A stretch of DNA of 17,926 bases from Nitrososphaerota archaeon (GCA_013378385.1 JACAFS010000019.1:1-17926), one strand, 5' to 3'; positions 1-7,016 are shown, numbered from the stretch's first letter. Translations and numbers: made by a program. The notes: generated by a model not told the origin, from the letters alone.

Positions 1-1114
1 CTGCAGCAGTAGAACCTTTACCAGATGCGTATAAACCACGAGGTGCAAGTCTAGAAGCATATTTTAGTAATTCACTTTTAGCAGTTCCTGGATCTCCAAT
101 GAATAGAATATTTATATCTCCACGAGTTGAGCTACCATCTTGAGTAGCTGTACTTGGAGAGCCAATTAACATAAGTAAAACAGCTTCCTTTTGTAGATCC
201 AATCCCTGAATGTTTGGAGCAACAGATTGAATTAATTTTTCATATGCGCTAGGATCTTTAGAAAAGTCAAGTATAATTTCCTCTTCATCTTTAGTTAATT
301 CGATATCTTCAGGACCTTTAGATTCAACATCAATATAATTTCCTTCAATCTTGGATCTAAAAATTGATGATACTTCATTGCCTCGTGATTCTGGTTGATC
401 AATTCTTACAACACCGGTCAAGTTTAAACGATCACCTGGACGAGCAATATTTACCAATTCACTAGTAAGATGTACATCAGAAGATTGAGGTAATTGGCCA
501 GGAGGTAATTCTTCAGGTAATTCCTGAACACGAATTAATTGATAATCCTGATAGCTAGATTCTTTTTCATTAAATACAAAATTTTTCGTTTCCGTGCAAT
601 CAGGAGTGATACATGTAGAAGGTTTAACCAATATGGGCGTAATTTGAGGAACAATATTAATTTCACCGCATTTAGAACACGAAAAAGCAGCTGCAGTAGC
701 TAATGGTTTTAATTCTGAAGTCCTTACAACCAGACCTTCTACAGATATTAAACGGTGTAGATTTTTACTGGATATATCACGTAATGGAACTTGATCAGGA
801 AGTGACCTAATTCTAACTTGAATATCATTTTTAATAGATTCAGTGTATTCAGAATTAACTGAATATAATGATTCTTTTACAGCTAAATTGAATTGATAAA
901 GAACTTCGTCAGGCCTTTCTATTAAGATGGTTGAAATTTCATGATCAAACAAGAGAAGGTCTTCAAAATCAACAATTAATGATTTAGAATTATCATAAAC
1001 CATTTTAGATAGAGATTCTTGGTATTTTAATACGTGTGATTTATCTTTATAGTTTTTTATAAATCTTACAAATGTATCATTCCAACTAGCATGTGTTCCA
1101 ATAGATTGTTCCAT
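1..1114 (-). CDS. mcm: MCM replicative helicase, N-terminal ~371 codons (the rest of the gene runs off the left edge)
   Basis: My translation of the minus strand starts at ATG (rc of 1112-1114): MEQSIGTHASWNDTFVRFIKNYKDKSH... It contains a C4 zinc motif (CSKCGEINIV...CITPDCTE). At the window edge it reads GDINILFIGDPGTAKSELLKYASRLAPRGLYASGKGSTAA, the MCM Walker A region. It is absent from the ORF track because no stop codon lies in the window. Confidence 0.9.
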   Translation of the reverse strand, partial: MEQSIGTHASWNDTFVRFIKNYKDKSHVLKYQESLSKMVYDNSKSLIVDFEDLLLFDHEISTILIERPDEVLYQFNLAVKESLYSVNSEYTESIKNDIQVRIRSLPDQVPLRDISSKNLHRLISVEGLVVRTSELKPLATAAAFSCSKCGEINIVPQITPILVKPSTCITPDCTETKNFVFNEKESSYQDYQLIRVQELPEELPPGQLPQSSDVHLTSELVNIARPGDRLNLTGVVRIDQPESRGNEVSSIFRSKIEGNYIDVESKGPEDIELTKDEEEIILDFSKDPSAYEKLIQSVAPNIQGLDLQKEAVLLMLIGSPSTATQDGSSTRGDINILFIGDPGTAKSELLKYASRLAPRGLYASGKGSTAA

Positions 1115-1680
1115 CAGAATTCATCTCCGATCATTAATTTACGCCACTCATGAATATTTGACCGAACAGTGTCAAACAACAAATATTCTTCAGGAGTAAT
1201 TAATTTCTGAATGTCGTCAGGAGGAAAAGGTAATGAAGCAAGAGAAATAATTTTATTAATTCTTATATTAATTAAGTCGTAAACAGAAGTAGATATTTTA
1301 TCATATTCCAAAGATGATTCTCGACTATTATCAAGTTTAGAACGAAGATTTTTCAATAAAAAGTTTAGTTTTTTATATAAATCAGGTTTTAGGTTAGATA
1401 ATTTATGTACGCCGAGCATTTTTTCTTTTGATATAGCATTAATTACTTCAATTTCAATTCCAACGTCTGCAAGTTTAACTAAATTTTTTTCTACTAATAT
1501 ATATGCAACCCATCTAGGTACATCGAATTTAGAATCAGTTTCTTTGTATTCAATTTTAAAACCTCCTATTTCGGTTTCGTCGATATCATCAATAGCAATT
1601 ACCTTTACAAGAGATAATTCTGATTCAACTTGTAAGTCATTCATCATACTAGCAATTGAATTTTCCGTGCCAAATGACAT
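1114..1680 (-). CDS. GINS complex subunit, Gins23-like (beta-rich domain first, helical A-domain second)
   Basis: 188 aa. The N-terminal part (LVKVIAIDDIDETEIGGFKIEYKETDSKFDVPRWVAYILVEKNLVKLA) resembles the GINS B-domain. It is followed by a helical region (KLSNLKPDLYKKLNFLLKNL...INIRINKIISLA) resembling the A-domain. Its stop TGA shares 1 nt with the mcm ATG (TGATG), a gins-mcm operon arrangement as known in Sulfolobus. The family call rests on motif memory, not a search. Confidence 0.6.
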   Translation of the reverse strand: MSFGTENSIASMMNDLQVESELSLVKVIAIDDIDETEIGGFKIEYKETDSKFDVPRWVAYILVEKNLVKLADVGIEIEVINAISKEKMLGVHKLSNLKPDLYKKLNFLLKNLRSKLDNSRESSLEYDKISTSVYDLINIRINKIISLASLPFPPDDIQKLITPEEYLLFDTVRSNIHEWRKLMIGDEF

Positions 1681-1804
1681 ATTCTATATACTTATACAAC
1701 GTACTTAGGGATTTAAGACAGCTGAGATTGTACATCAACTCAAATAGATTAGACAAGGATAAGTAATTTTGAATATTATGAAAAATTAAGGTGAATTAAA
1801 CAAA

Positions 1805-2767
1805 ATGAGTGAAATAAACGATTTAATGTGGGTTGAAAAATATAGGCCGTCGAAGATGACTGAATTTATTAATCAAGAATCAGCGATAAAAAGACTAAAA
1901 CCAATTATAAAAAATTCTTCATCTATGCCACATTTATTGTTTACAGGTCCTCCAGGAACAGGAAAAACAACATTAGGTATAATCATTGCAAAATCCATTC
2001 TAGGGGATAATTGGCAAGATTATTCTATATTGCTAAATGCATCAGATGAAAGAGGAATAAATACAATAAGAAATCGAGTAAAAACATTTGCAAGATATGC
2101 AGATAATCGAGAGAAGGTTCCATTTAAGATGATCATACTTGATGAGGCAGATGAAATGACTAATGATGCGCAAACAGCATTAAGAAGAATAATGGAAGAA
2201 ACATCAAAGGCTTGCAGATTCATATTAATTGGGAACTATATTTCAAATATAATTGAACCGATACAGAGTAGATGTGCATCATTTAGTTTTACAAGAATAG
2301 AAGAAAATGAACTAGTTAAACATTTAGAATTAATTTGTGGAAAAGAGAAAATAATATTTGAGAAACAAGCATTACTAGAAATATTCAACATAACAAATGG
2401 GGATCTTAGATCTGCAATTAATTTATTGCAATCATGTTCTTCTTTAGGGAATATCGATATGAAGAATATTGAAAGAGCTACAGGGCATTCATTCAAAAGT
2501 AAGGTTGAAGAAATATTAGAATTATCACTAGATAATGATTTCAATATGGCAAGAGAAAAAATGTCTGCATTAACAAATATATATGGATTATCAGAAAAGG
2601 ATTTCCTGAAATATATGAATGAAGCAATAAACAGAAATAAGTATAAAGAGATTAAGGAATTAATTGAGATACTAGCGAAATATGATTACAGAATAATAAC
2701 AGGTTCAAATCCGGATATTCAGCTAACAGCTTTATTAGCAGAGATTTCTAATTTAAGAAAAAAATGA
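1805..2767 (+). CDS. rfcS: Replication factor C small subunit (clamp loader)
   Basis: 320 aa with WVEKYRP, Walker A GPPGTGKTT, DEADEMT (DEAD-type Walker B), the SRC motif (QSRCASF) and GDLRSAIN. There is no intein. An AAGGTGA Shine-Dalgarno-like motif lies at 1788-1794. Confidence 0.93.
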   Translation: MSEINDLMWVEKYRPSKMTEFINQESAIKRLKPIIKNSSSMPHLLFTGPPGTGKTTLGIIIAKSILGDNWQDYSILLNASDERGINTIRNRVKTFARYADNREKVPFKMIILDEADEMTNDAQTALRRIMEETSKACRFILIGNYISNIIEPIQSRCASFSFTRIEENELVKHLELICGKEKIIFEKQALLEIFNITNGDLRSAINLLQSCSSLGNIDMKNIERATGHSFKSKVEEILELSLDNDFNMAREKMSALTNIYGLSEKDFLKYMNEAINRNKYKEIKELIEILAKYDYRIITGSNPDIQLTALLAEISNLRKK

Positions 2768-2773
2768 ATCAAA

Positions 2774-2944
2774 TTGATAAATGAAAAAAGACATTGTAGT
2801 AATTGTATGACAAAAACAACACATACAATAATTAAACAAAAAGATGTAATGATGAGAAAAGGAAAGTCTTTGTATAATTGTAATAAATGTAATACGACAT
2901 CTTGGAAAAGACACCTAAGGCCATTAGCAGAAGGAAGTTATTAG
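2774..2944 (+). CDS. Putative 56-aa zinc-ribbon mini-protein (CxxC...CxxC); start codon uncertain (TTG 2774)
   Basis: My translation: (M)INEKRHCSNCMTKTTHTIIKQKDVMMRKGKSLYNCNKCNTTSWKRHLRPLAEGSY*. It has two CxxC pairs 23 residues apart, it fills the whole rfcS-tRNA gap, and it is stop-free for 57 codons in an AT-rich context. It falls below the ORF-track size cut-off. The only ATG (2807) lies after the first CxxC. Confidence 0.4.
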   Translation: MINEKRHCSNCMTKTTHTIIKQKDVMMRKGKSLYNCNKCNTTSWKRHLRPLAEGSY

Positions 2945-2975
2945 CGGGTCTGGTGGGATTTGAACCCACGACTTA

Positions 2976-2997
2976 TTCACCTATGTCAAAGACATAT
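2976..2997 (-). other. Predicted tRNA intron (22 nt, anticodon-stem/variable-loop junction, about 42/43 to 45/46) of tRNA-Lys(CUU)
   Basis: The insert ATATGTCTTTGACATAGGTGAA contains a perfect hairpin, TATGTC-TTT-GACATA. Removing it leaves a 5-nt variable loop (AAGTC). The exact junction is ambiguous by 1-3 nt. Confidence 0.5.
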
Positions 2998-3017
2998 CTG
3001 GTTAAGAGCCAGCCGCT

Positions 3018-3030
3018 TTAGGCATAAATA
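3018..3030 (-). other. Predicted tRNA intron (13 nt, D-arm, position 22/23) of tRNA-Lys(CUU)
   Basis: The insert TATTTATGCCTAA separates GCTCAGCCAGGCAG from AGC. Removing it restores the D-stem. Confidence 0.6.
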
Positions 3031-3114
3031 CTGCCTGGCTGAGCCACAGACCCAATGTTATGCTTGCAATGTACTTTTTATTGAACATTTTCCTTGGATA
3101 TAATTAGAAAGAAT

Positions 3115-4143
3115 ATGATAATTTTTGCAGGACTTGGACTAAATGAGAATACAATAACTCAAGAGATTATAGAAACAATAAAAAATGCAGATAAAGTCTA
3201 TTTTGAGAGGTATACGAGCCCGCCAATGCCCTATAATGAATATAAATTTGACTTCCAATATGAACAAGTAGGAAGAGAATTCATAGAGAATGGAAATAAG
3301 ATTATTGAAGAATCAAAAAACAATACAGTAGTGCTGTTGACTTATGGGAATCCAATGATTGCAACCACACACATGGATTTAAGAATGCGCGCAGAAAAAG
3401 CAGGAATACACACGCAAATATTACATAATAGTTCAATTACAACAGTTCTGCCTGGAGAGACAGGATTACATTCATACAAATTTGGAAGAATAACAACATT
3501 AATGACCAAATCGAAAATTGCGCCATTATCAGTATATGATGTAATTCTAAACAATTTATTATCAGAATTACATTCAACAGTTTTATTAGAATACAATCTT
3601 GATGAAGATGAATATTTAGATCCAATTGAGGCAATAAAGCAATTATTAGGTATTGAAAAAGAACAAAAAAAACAAATAATAAATAAACTAAGTACAATAA
3701 TCATTGCTTCAAGAATAGGAATGGATAAACAAAAAATATATTGTGGAACTGTAAATGAATTATTAAAAAAACAATATGATAAGCCGCCTTATACAATAAT
3801 TATACCAAGTAAACTTCATTTTACGGAGATAGAAGCACTAGTTCAGTTATTTGGAATAAAAGAAGAGGATATTAAAGATAATTCAATGAATATTAAATCA
3901 ATCTCTATAGATATGTTAGATAAATATATTCCAAAAGCAAAAGATACACTAAATAAAATAAAAGAGATGACAAATAATGAAAAGAGATATACTGATTTAT
4001 TCAAGAATATAGATGCATATATTGACGATGCAGAGAGATTTAGAGATGAAGAACGGTTTGAATTGGCAATACTTAGCATCGGATATGCAGAAGGATTAAT
4101 AGATTCGTTGATTTTCTTAGGAGAAGTGGAATTAGAATGGTAA
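3115..4143 (+). CDS. dphB: Diphthine synthase (DphB/Dph5) with a C-terminal ~85-aa DUF357-like helical extension
   Basis: The N-terminus MIIFAGLGL...IKNADKVYFERYTS and GNPMIATTH are tetrapyrrole-methylase / diphthine synthase motifs. The enzyme body ends around residue 255. The tail ...YIDDAERFRDEERFELAILSIGYAEGLIDSLIFLGEVELEW resembles the archaeal DUF357 family. The ORF track starts at TTG 3094. I prefer ATG 3115, which sits about 36 nt downstream of a TTTTTATT TATA-like box at 3075-3082. Confidence 0.85.
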   Translation: MIIFAGLGLNENTITQEIIETIKNADKVYFERYTSPPMPYNEYKFDFQYEQVGREFIENGNKIIEESKNNTVVLLTYGNPMIATTHMDLRMRAEKAGIHTQILHNSSITTVLPGETGLHSYKFGRITTLMTKSKIAPLSVYDVILNNLLSELHSTVLLEYNLDEDEYLDPIEAIKQLLGIEKEQKKQIINKLSTIIIASRIGMDKQKIYCGTVNELLKKQYDKPPYTIIIPSKLHFTEIEALVQLFGIKEEDIKDNSMNIKSISIDMLDKYIPKAKDTLNKIKEMTNNEKRYTDLFKNIDAYIDDAERFRDEERFELAILSIGYAEGLIDSLIFLGEVELEW

Positions 4144-4769
4144 AAATGAAGATAAATAAAATTGAAAGAAAGATATTGAAAATTATTTATATAAATAATT
4201 TACAAGGAAAAAAATCAACAAGTAATATTCAGAGATATTTAGATATAGAGAAAAAAGAGATAGATAGAAATATTACAAAAATGAAAACTATGAGTTTAAT
4301 TAAACAAGTTAAAAAAAATTATATATTAACCGATAAAGGTAGAAAGAATATAATAATTGTATTTACAGGTGGAGTGTATGATATAATACATCCAGGGCAT
4401 ATACATACATTGAAGAAATCAAAAGAGGAAGGAGATGTATTAATTGTTTCCATTGCAAGAGATGACAGAGTAAAGAAAATCAAAGGAAGAAAACCAATAA
4501 ATAATGAAAATAGAAGATCAATATTAGTATCTGCGATTAGATATGTAGATTATACATTAATAGGGAATAAAGGAGATATTTTTAGAATAGTAAAAAAAAT
4601 AAAACCTGATGTAATTACTATAGGATATGATCAGAAACATCAGTTAAGTAAATTAAGAGAACTTGTAAAATCGAACAATTTAAGAATTAAGATAAAGAAA
4701 TTAGATTCTCCAATACCGCACATTAAGAGCTCGCATTTAAGAAAAGAATATAAAAGTAAAAGTAACTAG
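4137..4769 (+). CDS. ribL: FAD synthase RibL-type cytidylyltransferase-fold enzyme with an N-terminal winged-helix (wHTH) domain
   Basis: The C-terminal 135 aa (VFTGGVYDIIHPGHIHTLKKSKEEGDVLIVSIARDDRVKKIKGRKPINNENRRSILVSAIRYVDYTLIG...PDVITIGYDQ) align by eye with M. jannaschii RibL (GTFDILHPGH...ARDETVKKLKGRKPI). The N-terminal ~70 aa (IERKILKIIY...STSNIQRYLDIEKKEIDRNITKMKTMSLIKQVKKNYILTDKGRKN) look like a MarR/TrmB-type wHTH. The ATG overlaps the dphB stop by 7 nt; an alternative ATG lies at 4146. Confidence 0.8.
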   Translation: MVKMKINKIERKILKIIYINNLQGKKSTSNIQRYLDIEKKEIDRNITKMKTMSLIKQVKKNYILTDKGRKNIIIVFTGGVYDIIHPGHIHTLKKSKEEGDVLIVSIARDDRVKKIKGRKPINNENRRSILVSAIRYVDYTLIGNKGDIFRIVKKIKPDVITIGYDQKHQLSKLRELVKSNNLRIKIKKLDSPIPHIKSSHLRKEYKSKSN

Positions 4770-4770
4770 C

Positions 4771-5433
4771 CTAAACAGAAATATTTACTTTAACTTGATC
4801 TCCATCTTTAAGTTTTAATTTTTTACGAAGAAAAGTAGGAGAAATTAATTCGATAACAGAACTATCATGGTGCGTGCGTTCAATAAGAATTACACTTCCT
4901 TGAATATTTGAATTAATCATTGATGGATAACAGATAACATTACCGTATGTGCGTTTCTTATCTGTAAACCCTTCAATTATAATCCCCTCCATATTAGACA
5001 AGTTCTCTATGAATTGTTTATGTAGATTAGAAGATAGTTTGAGATTAAGAGTTCCAGGATAGGGTTCATAGCCTAGTTTTGAGATAAATTGTTTTTTATA
5101 TCCAGATAGTGATATGTAATATGCGCCTTCTCCAAGTCCAGAAAATACATCTCCAGTAACAAGAGTCGAACTATTATCATCAAAAGCAGACTGAATTTTT
5201 TGATTTACAGACAATAGGTACTTTAAACCAGGTGCAGATATCTGAATCATATCATCTCCATCAATTTTATATCTGGTTATCATATTATTCTTTTCAAGAA
5301 ATAAAAGATGCATTGATGCGGTTTGTTGAGTTTTATCTATAGAAATGGCAAGATCAGATGTAGATAATTTAATTGGGTTTTTTGCTCCAAGAAGAAGAAG
5401 TTGAATAAGAGTAGCAAGATAGGAAGACTTCAT
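4771..5433 (-). CDS. ribK: CTP-dependent riboflavin kinase fused to an N-terminal wHTH (RbkR-type regulator/enzyme)
   Basis: The C-terminal domain (VTGDVFSGLGEGAYYISLSGYKKQFISKLGYEPYPGTLNLKL...GSVILIERTHH) matches the MJ0056-type archaeal riboflavin kinase. The N-terminal ~85 aa (YLATLIQLLLLGAK...STSDLAISIDKTQQTASMHLLFLEKNNMITRYK) form a wHTH. I take the start as ATG at rc 5431-5433 (MKSSYL...). The 41-codon upstream extension in the ORF track overlaps the divergent gene and looks non-coding. Confidence 0.85.
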   Translation of the reverse strand: MKSSYLATLIQLLLLGAKNPIKLSTSDLAISIDKTQQTASMHLLFLEKNNMITRYKIDGDDMIQISAPGLKYLLSVNQKIQSAFDDNSSTLVTGDVFSGLGEGAYYISLSGYKKQFISKLGYEPYPGTLNLKLSSNLHKQFIENLSNMEGIIIEGFTDKKRTYGNVICYPSMINSNIQGSVILIERTHHDSSVIELISPTFLRKKLKLKDGDQVKVNISV

Positions 5434-5491
5434 AATTAATTTCTCATATCTAATAGTTATTAACACATTCCACAGATATATATTCAAAGTT

Positions 5492-5884
5492 ATGGCGAAT
5501 TCGTATATTTTAGGTAGAAGTAGAGAGCACAATCTATTAAGTAAACTAAGAATCAATGGGTGGTTTGCTATAAGAGGATCTGGTTCAAAAGCGGGAATGG
5601 TAGTAGTAGATGGAAAAAAATACTATCCAATAGACATTATTTCAGTAAAAAAAGATAAAAAGAAAACTATTGTTTGGTTTATACAAGTTTCTAAATATTT
5701 GAGTGATATTGACGAGGTGGAAAAAAAATATATAAAAATATGGGCAGAGAAAGTAGGAGCTGAACCGATTCTTGCATGGACATTTGAAAAAAGAAGAAAA
5801 GCAAACCCAAAAAGAGGGAAATGGGAATTCTATAATTTAAATGATAATAAATATATTAAAATTGATAAAAAGAATTCTAAATAA
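5492..5884 (+). CDS. Hjc-like (archaeal Holliday-junction-resolvase fold) protein with a non-canonical active-site motif
   Basis: GRSREHNLLSKLRINGWFAIRGSGSK aligns by eye with P. furiosus Hjc [26 protein letters not shown]. PIDII and WFIQVSK occupy the D and E-x-K positions. The C-terminal tail is Lys-rich. Confidence 0.6.
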   Translation: MANSYILGRSREHNLLSKLRINGWFAIRGSGSKAGMVVVDGKKYYPIDIISVKKDKKKTIVWFIQVSKYLSDIDEVEKKYIKIWAEKVGAEPILAWTFEKRRKANPKRGKWEFYNLNDNKYIKIDKKNSK

Positions 5885-5896
5885 GAATTCGTCAAG

Positions 5897-6697
5897 CTAT
5901 TTATAGAATTTAGTTATTCTATCTTTAATCAAATCGTTGTTCTTGAATAATGTTTTATTTCTTGCATTTAATAGATTAACATTTACAGAATTTACAGAAT
6001 TACAATTTGATCTAGCTCGAGATAGTATTTTCATATTAGGTCCAACAATTTGACTCTGACCTGTATAATGGAAAGAATCTTTACCACGTTTTTCGACACC
6101 AGTTCGATTGGCAGTAATAGCAAAAACACTGTTTTCAAAACAACGAATTGGCATAGCTTGTTGGCAAAGTCCTTTAAGAATAAGATTTGCAGGATGAGCG
6201 ATTATATCTGCGCCTTTTAATGCAAGAGTTCGTGCGGATTCAGGCCAGATCCAATCTGAACAAATCATTACTCCTAATTTAAAATTATCAATATTGAATA
6301 TTCGAAATCCAGTATTCCCTTTGGAGAACAGTTGTTTTTCATTATAAAATAAGTGTGTTTTTCTGTATACGCCAATAAATTTACCCTTTGATACAACCAT
6401 TGCACTGTTATAGTAATGATTTTTTGATTTTTCAACAAAACCCGCAACAATGGTTGATTTAATATCTGATGAAATTTGAGAAATCAACATAGATGTTTTT
6501 CCAGTTTTTGATAATTCAGACAAACCGCGAACTTCGTTTTTAGAGATAAAATTATATCCGGTATTCATTAATTCAGGAAGAACGACAATACCAGGTTTTA
6601 CCTTATATAACAACTTGGAAACAGTTTTTAGATTTTTATCAACATTTCCAAATTCGGGATTAAATTGAACGTAACTAAGATTTACACGATTACTCAA
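5897..6697 (-). CDS. Carbon-nitrogen hydrolase (nitrilase superfamily) protein
   Basis: 266 aa with the E-K-C catalytic triad contexts VVLPELMNTGY, VYRKTHLF and MICSDWIWPE. The only in-frame start is TTG (rc 6695-6697). A TTAAAAAT TATA-like box (rc of 6721-6728) lies about 27 nt upstream. Confidence 0.85.
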   Translation of the reverse strand: MSNRVNLSYVQFNPEFGNVDKNLKTVSKLLYKVKPGIVVLPELMNTGYNFISKNEVRGLSELSKTGKTSMLISQISSDIKSTIVAGFVEKSKNHYYNSAMVVSKGKFIGVYRKTHLFYNEKQLFSKGNTGFRIFNIDNFKLGVMICSDWIWPESARTLALKGADIIAHPANLILKGLCQQAMPIRCFENSVFAITANRTGVEKRGKDSFHYTGQSQIVGPNMKILSRARSNCNSVNSVNVNLLNARNKTLFKNNDLIKDRITKFYK

Positions 6698-6793
6698 TCT
6701 ACGAATAATTAAATCTTGAGATTTTTAAGTGTGATAAATTCGAAAGAGTTATAGTTTGAGAATGTTTTGAAATATTTAGCCCCGGTGGTGTAG

Positions 6794-6812
6794 AGATTAA
6801 TAATCGCACATC
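6794..6812 (+). other. Predicted tRNA intron (19 nt, D-loop, about 15/16) of tRNA-Asp
   Basis: An AT-rich insert lies between GTGTAG and TCGGCCTAGCAT. Removing it gives the archaeal-type D-arm GTGT-AGTCGGCCTA-GCAT. Confidence 0.5.
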
Positions 6813-6857
6813 TCGGCCTAGCATTGGAGCCTGTCACGCTTTAGACGCGGGTTCAAA

Positions 6858-6880
6858 AGAAATTGAAAAATTTCGGAATT
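6858..6880 (+). other. Predicted tRNA intron (23 nt, T-loop 59/60) of tRNA-Asp
   Basis: The insert splits TTCAAA|T. It contains the hairpin GAAATT-GAAA-AATTTC. Removing it restores GCGGG-TTCAAAT-CCCGC. Confidence 0.6.
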
Positions 6881-6988
6881 TCCCGCCCGGGGCGCTTATC
6901 ATATTTGAATAAGAAATAAACATACAAGTAAACACACTAATAGGTGAATATTAATTATTTTTTGTGGGTCCTTAGCTCAGCCAGGTAG

Positions 6989-7001
6989 TATAAATTCCTA
7001 G
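6989..7001 (+). other. Predicted tRNA intron (13 nt, D-arm 22/23) of tRNA-Lys(UUU)
   Basis: It has the same position and length as the intron in tRNA-Lys(CUU) and is 9/13 identical to it. Confidence 0.6.
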
Positions 7002-7016
7002 AGCACCGGACTTTTA

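Larger units (their letters stand above)
2945..3053 (-). tRNA. tRNA-Lys(CUU), 109-nt gene with two predicted introns (74 nt mature, no encoded CCA)
   Basis: The reverse complement reads GGGTCTG TG GCTC AGCCAGGCA G[TATTTATGCCTAA]AGC G GCTGG CTCTTAA CCAG[ATATGTCTTTGACATAGGTGAA]T AAGTC GTGGG TTCAAAT CCCAC CAGACCC G. It has a perfect 7-bp acceptor stem and T-arm. The D-stem GCTC/GAGC forms only after the 13-nt insert is removed. Confidence 0.8.
6779..6894 (+). tRNA. tRNA-Asp(GUC), 116-nt gene with two predicted introns (74 nt mature, no encoded CCA)
   Basis: GCCCCGG TG GTGT AG[AGATTAATAATCGCACATC]TCGGCCTA GCAT T GGAGC CTGTCAC GCTTT AGAC GCGGG TTCAAA[AGAAATTGAAAAATTTCGGAATT]T CCCGC CCGGGGC G. It has a perfect acceptor stem and T-stem, and the anticodon loop is CUGUCAC. 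Confidence 0.8.

Noticed and set aside
1681-1804. Divergent gins-mcm / rfcS spacer as a possible replication origin
   Set aside because: It has no origin-recognition-box-like repeats, no extended AT-rich unwinding element beyond the genome background, and no orc1/cdc6 gene nearby. At 124 nt it is adequately explained by two promoters.
2020-2544. ORF-track entries 2020-2223(-) and 2236-2544(-), antisense to rfcS
   Set aside because: They lie wholly inside, and opposite to, a strongly conserved gene. Their translations are low-complexity Ser/Ile/Leu/Phe-rich, as expected from the antisense of AT-rich coding DNA, and contain no recognisable motif.
2849-2855. ATGATGA, a perfect C-box consensus, as a possible C/D box sRNA in the rfcS-tRNA gap
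   Set aside because: No CTGA D or D' box occurs anywhere in the following ~90 nt, and no terminal stem is possible. Other ATGATGA-like strings (for example near 9690) lie inside coding sequence and also lack D boxes.
3342-4079. ORFs 3342-3704(-), 3437-3697(-) and 3843-4079(-), antisense to dphB
   Set aside because: Same reasoning: these are shadow ORFs of a conserved gene with hydrophobic low-complexity translations.
5451-5462. Inverted repeat TAATA-GT-TATTA between ribK (RbkR-type) and the Hjc-like gene, as a possible RbkR operator
   Set aside because: It is a 5-bp arm made only of A/T in an AT-rich genome, so it is expected by chance. It also coincides with where bidirectional TATA boxes should sit (about 27-32 nt from both start codons). 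It cannot be distinguished from a plain promoter element without comparative or binding data.
5434-5556. 41-codon N-terminal extension of the riboflavin-kinase ORF (track start 5556)
   Set aside because: The extension (MILSLLNRLCSLLLPKIYEF...) overlaps the start of the divergent Hjc-like gene and its promoter region, and it is not part of the wHTH. The internal ATG at 5433 gives a normal domain boundary.
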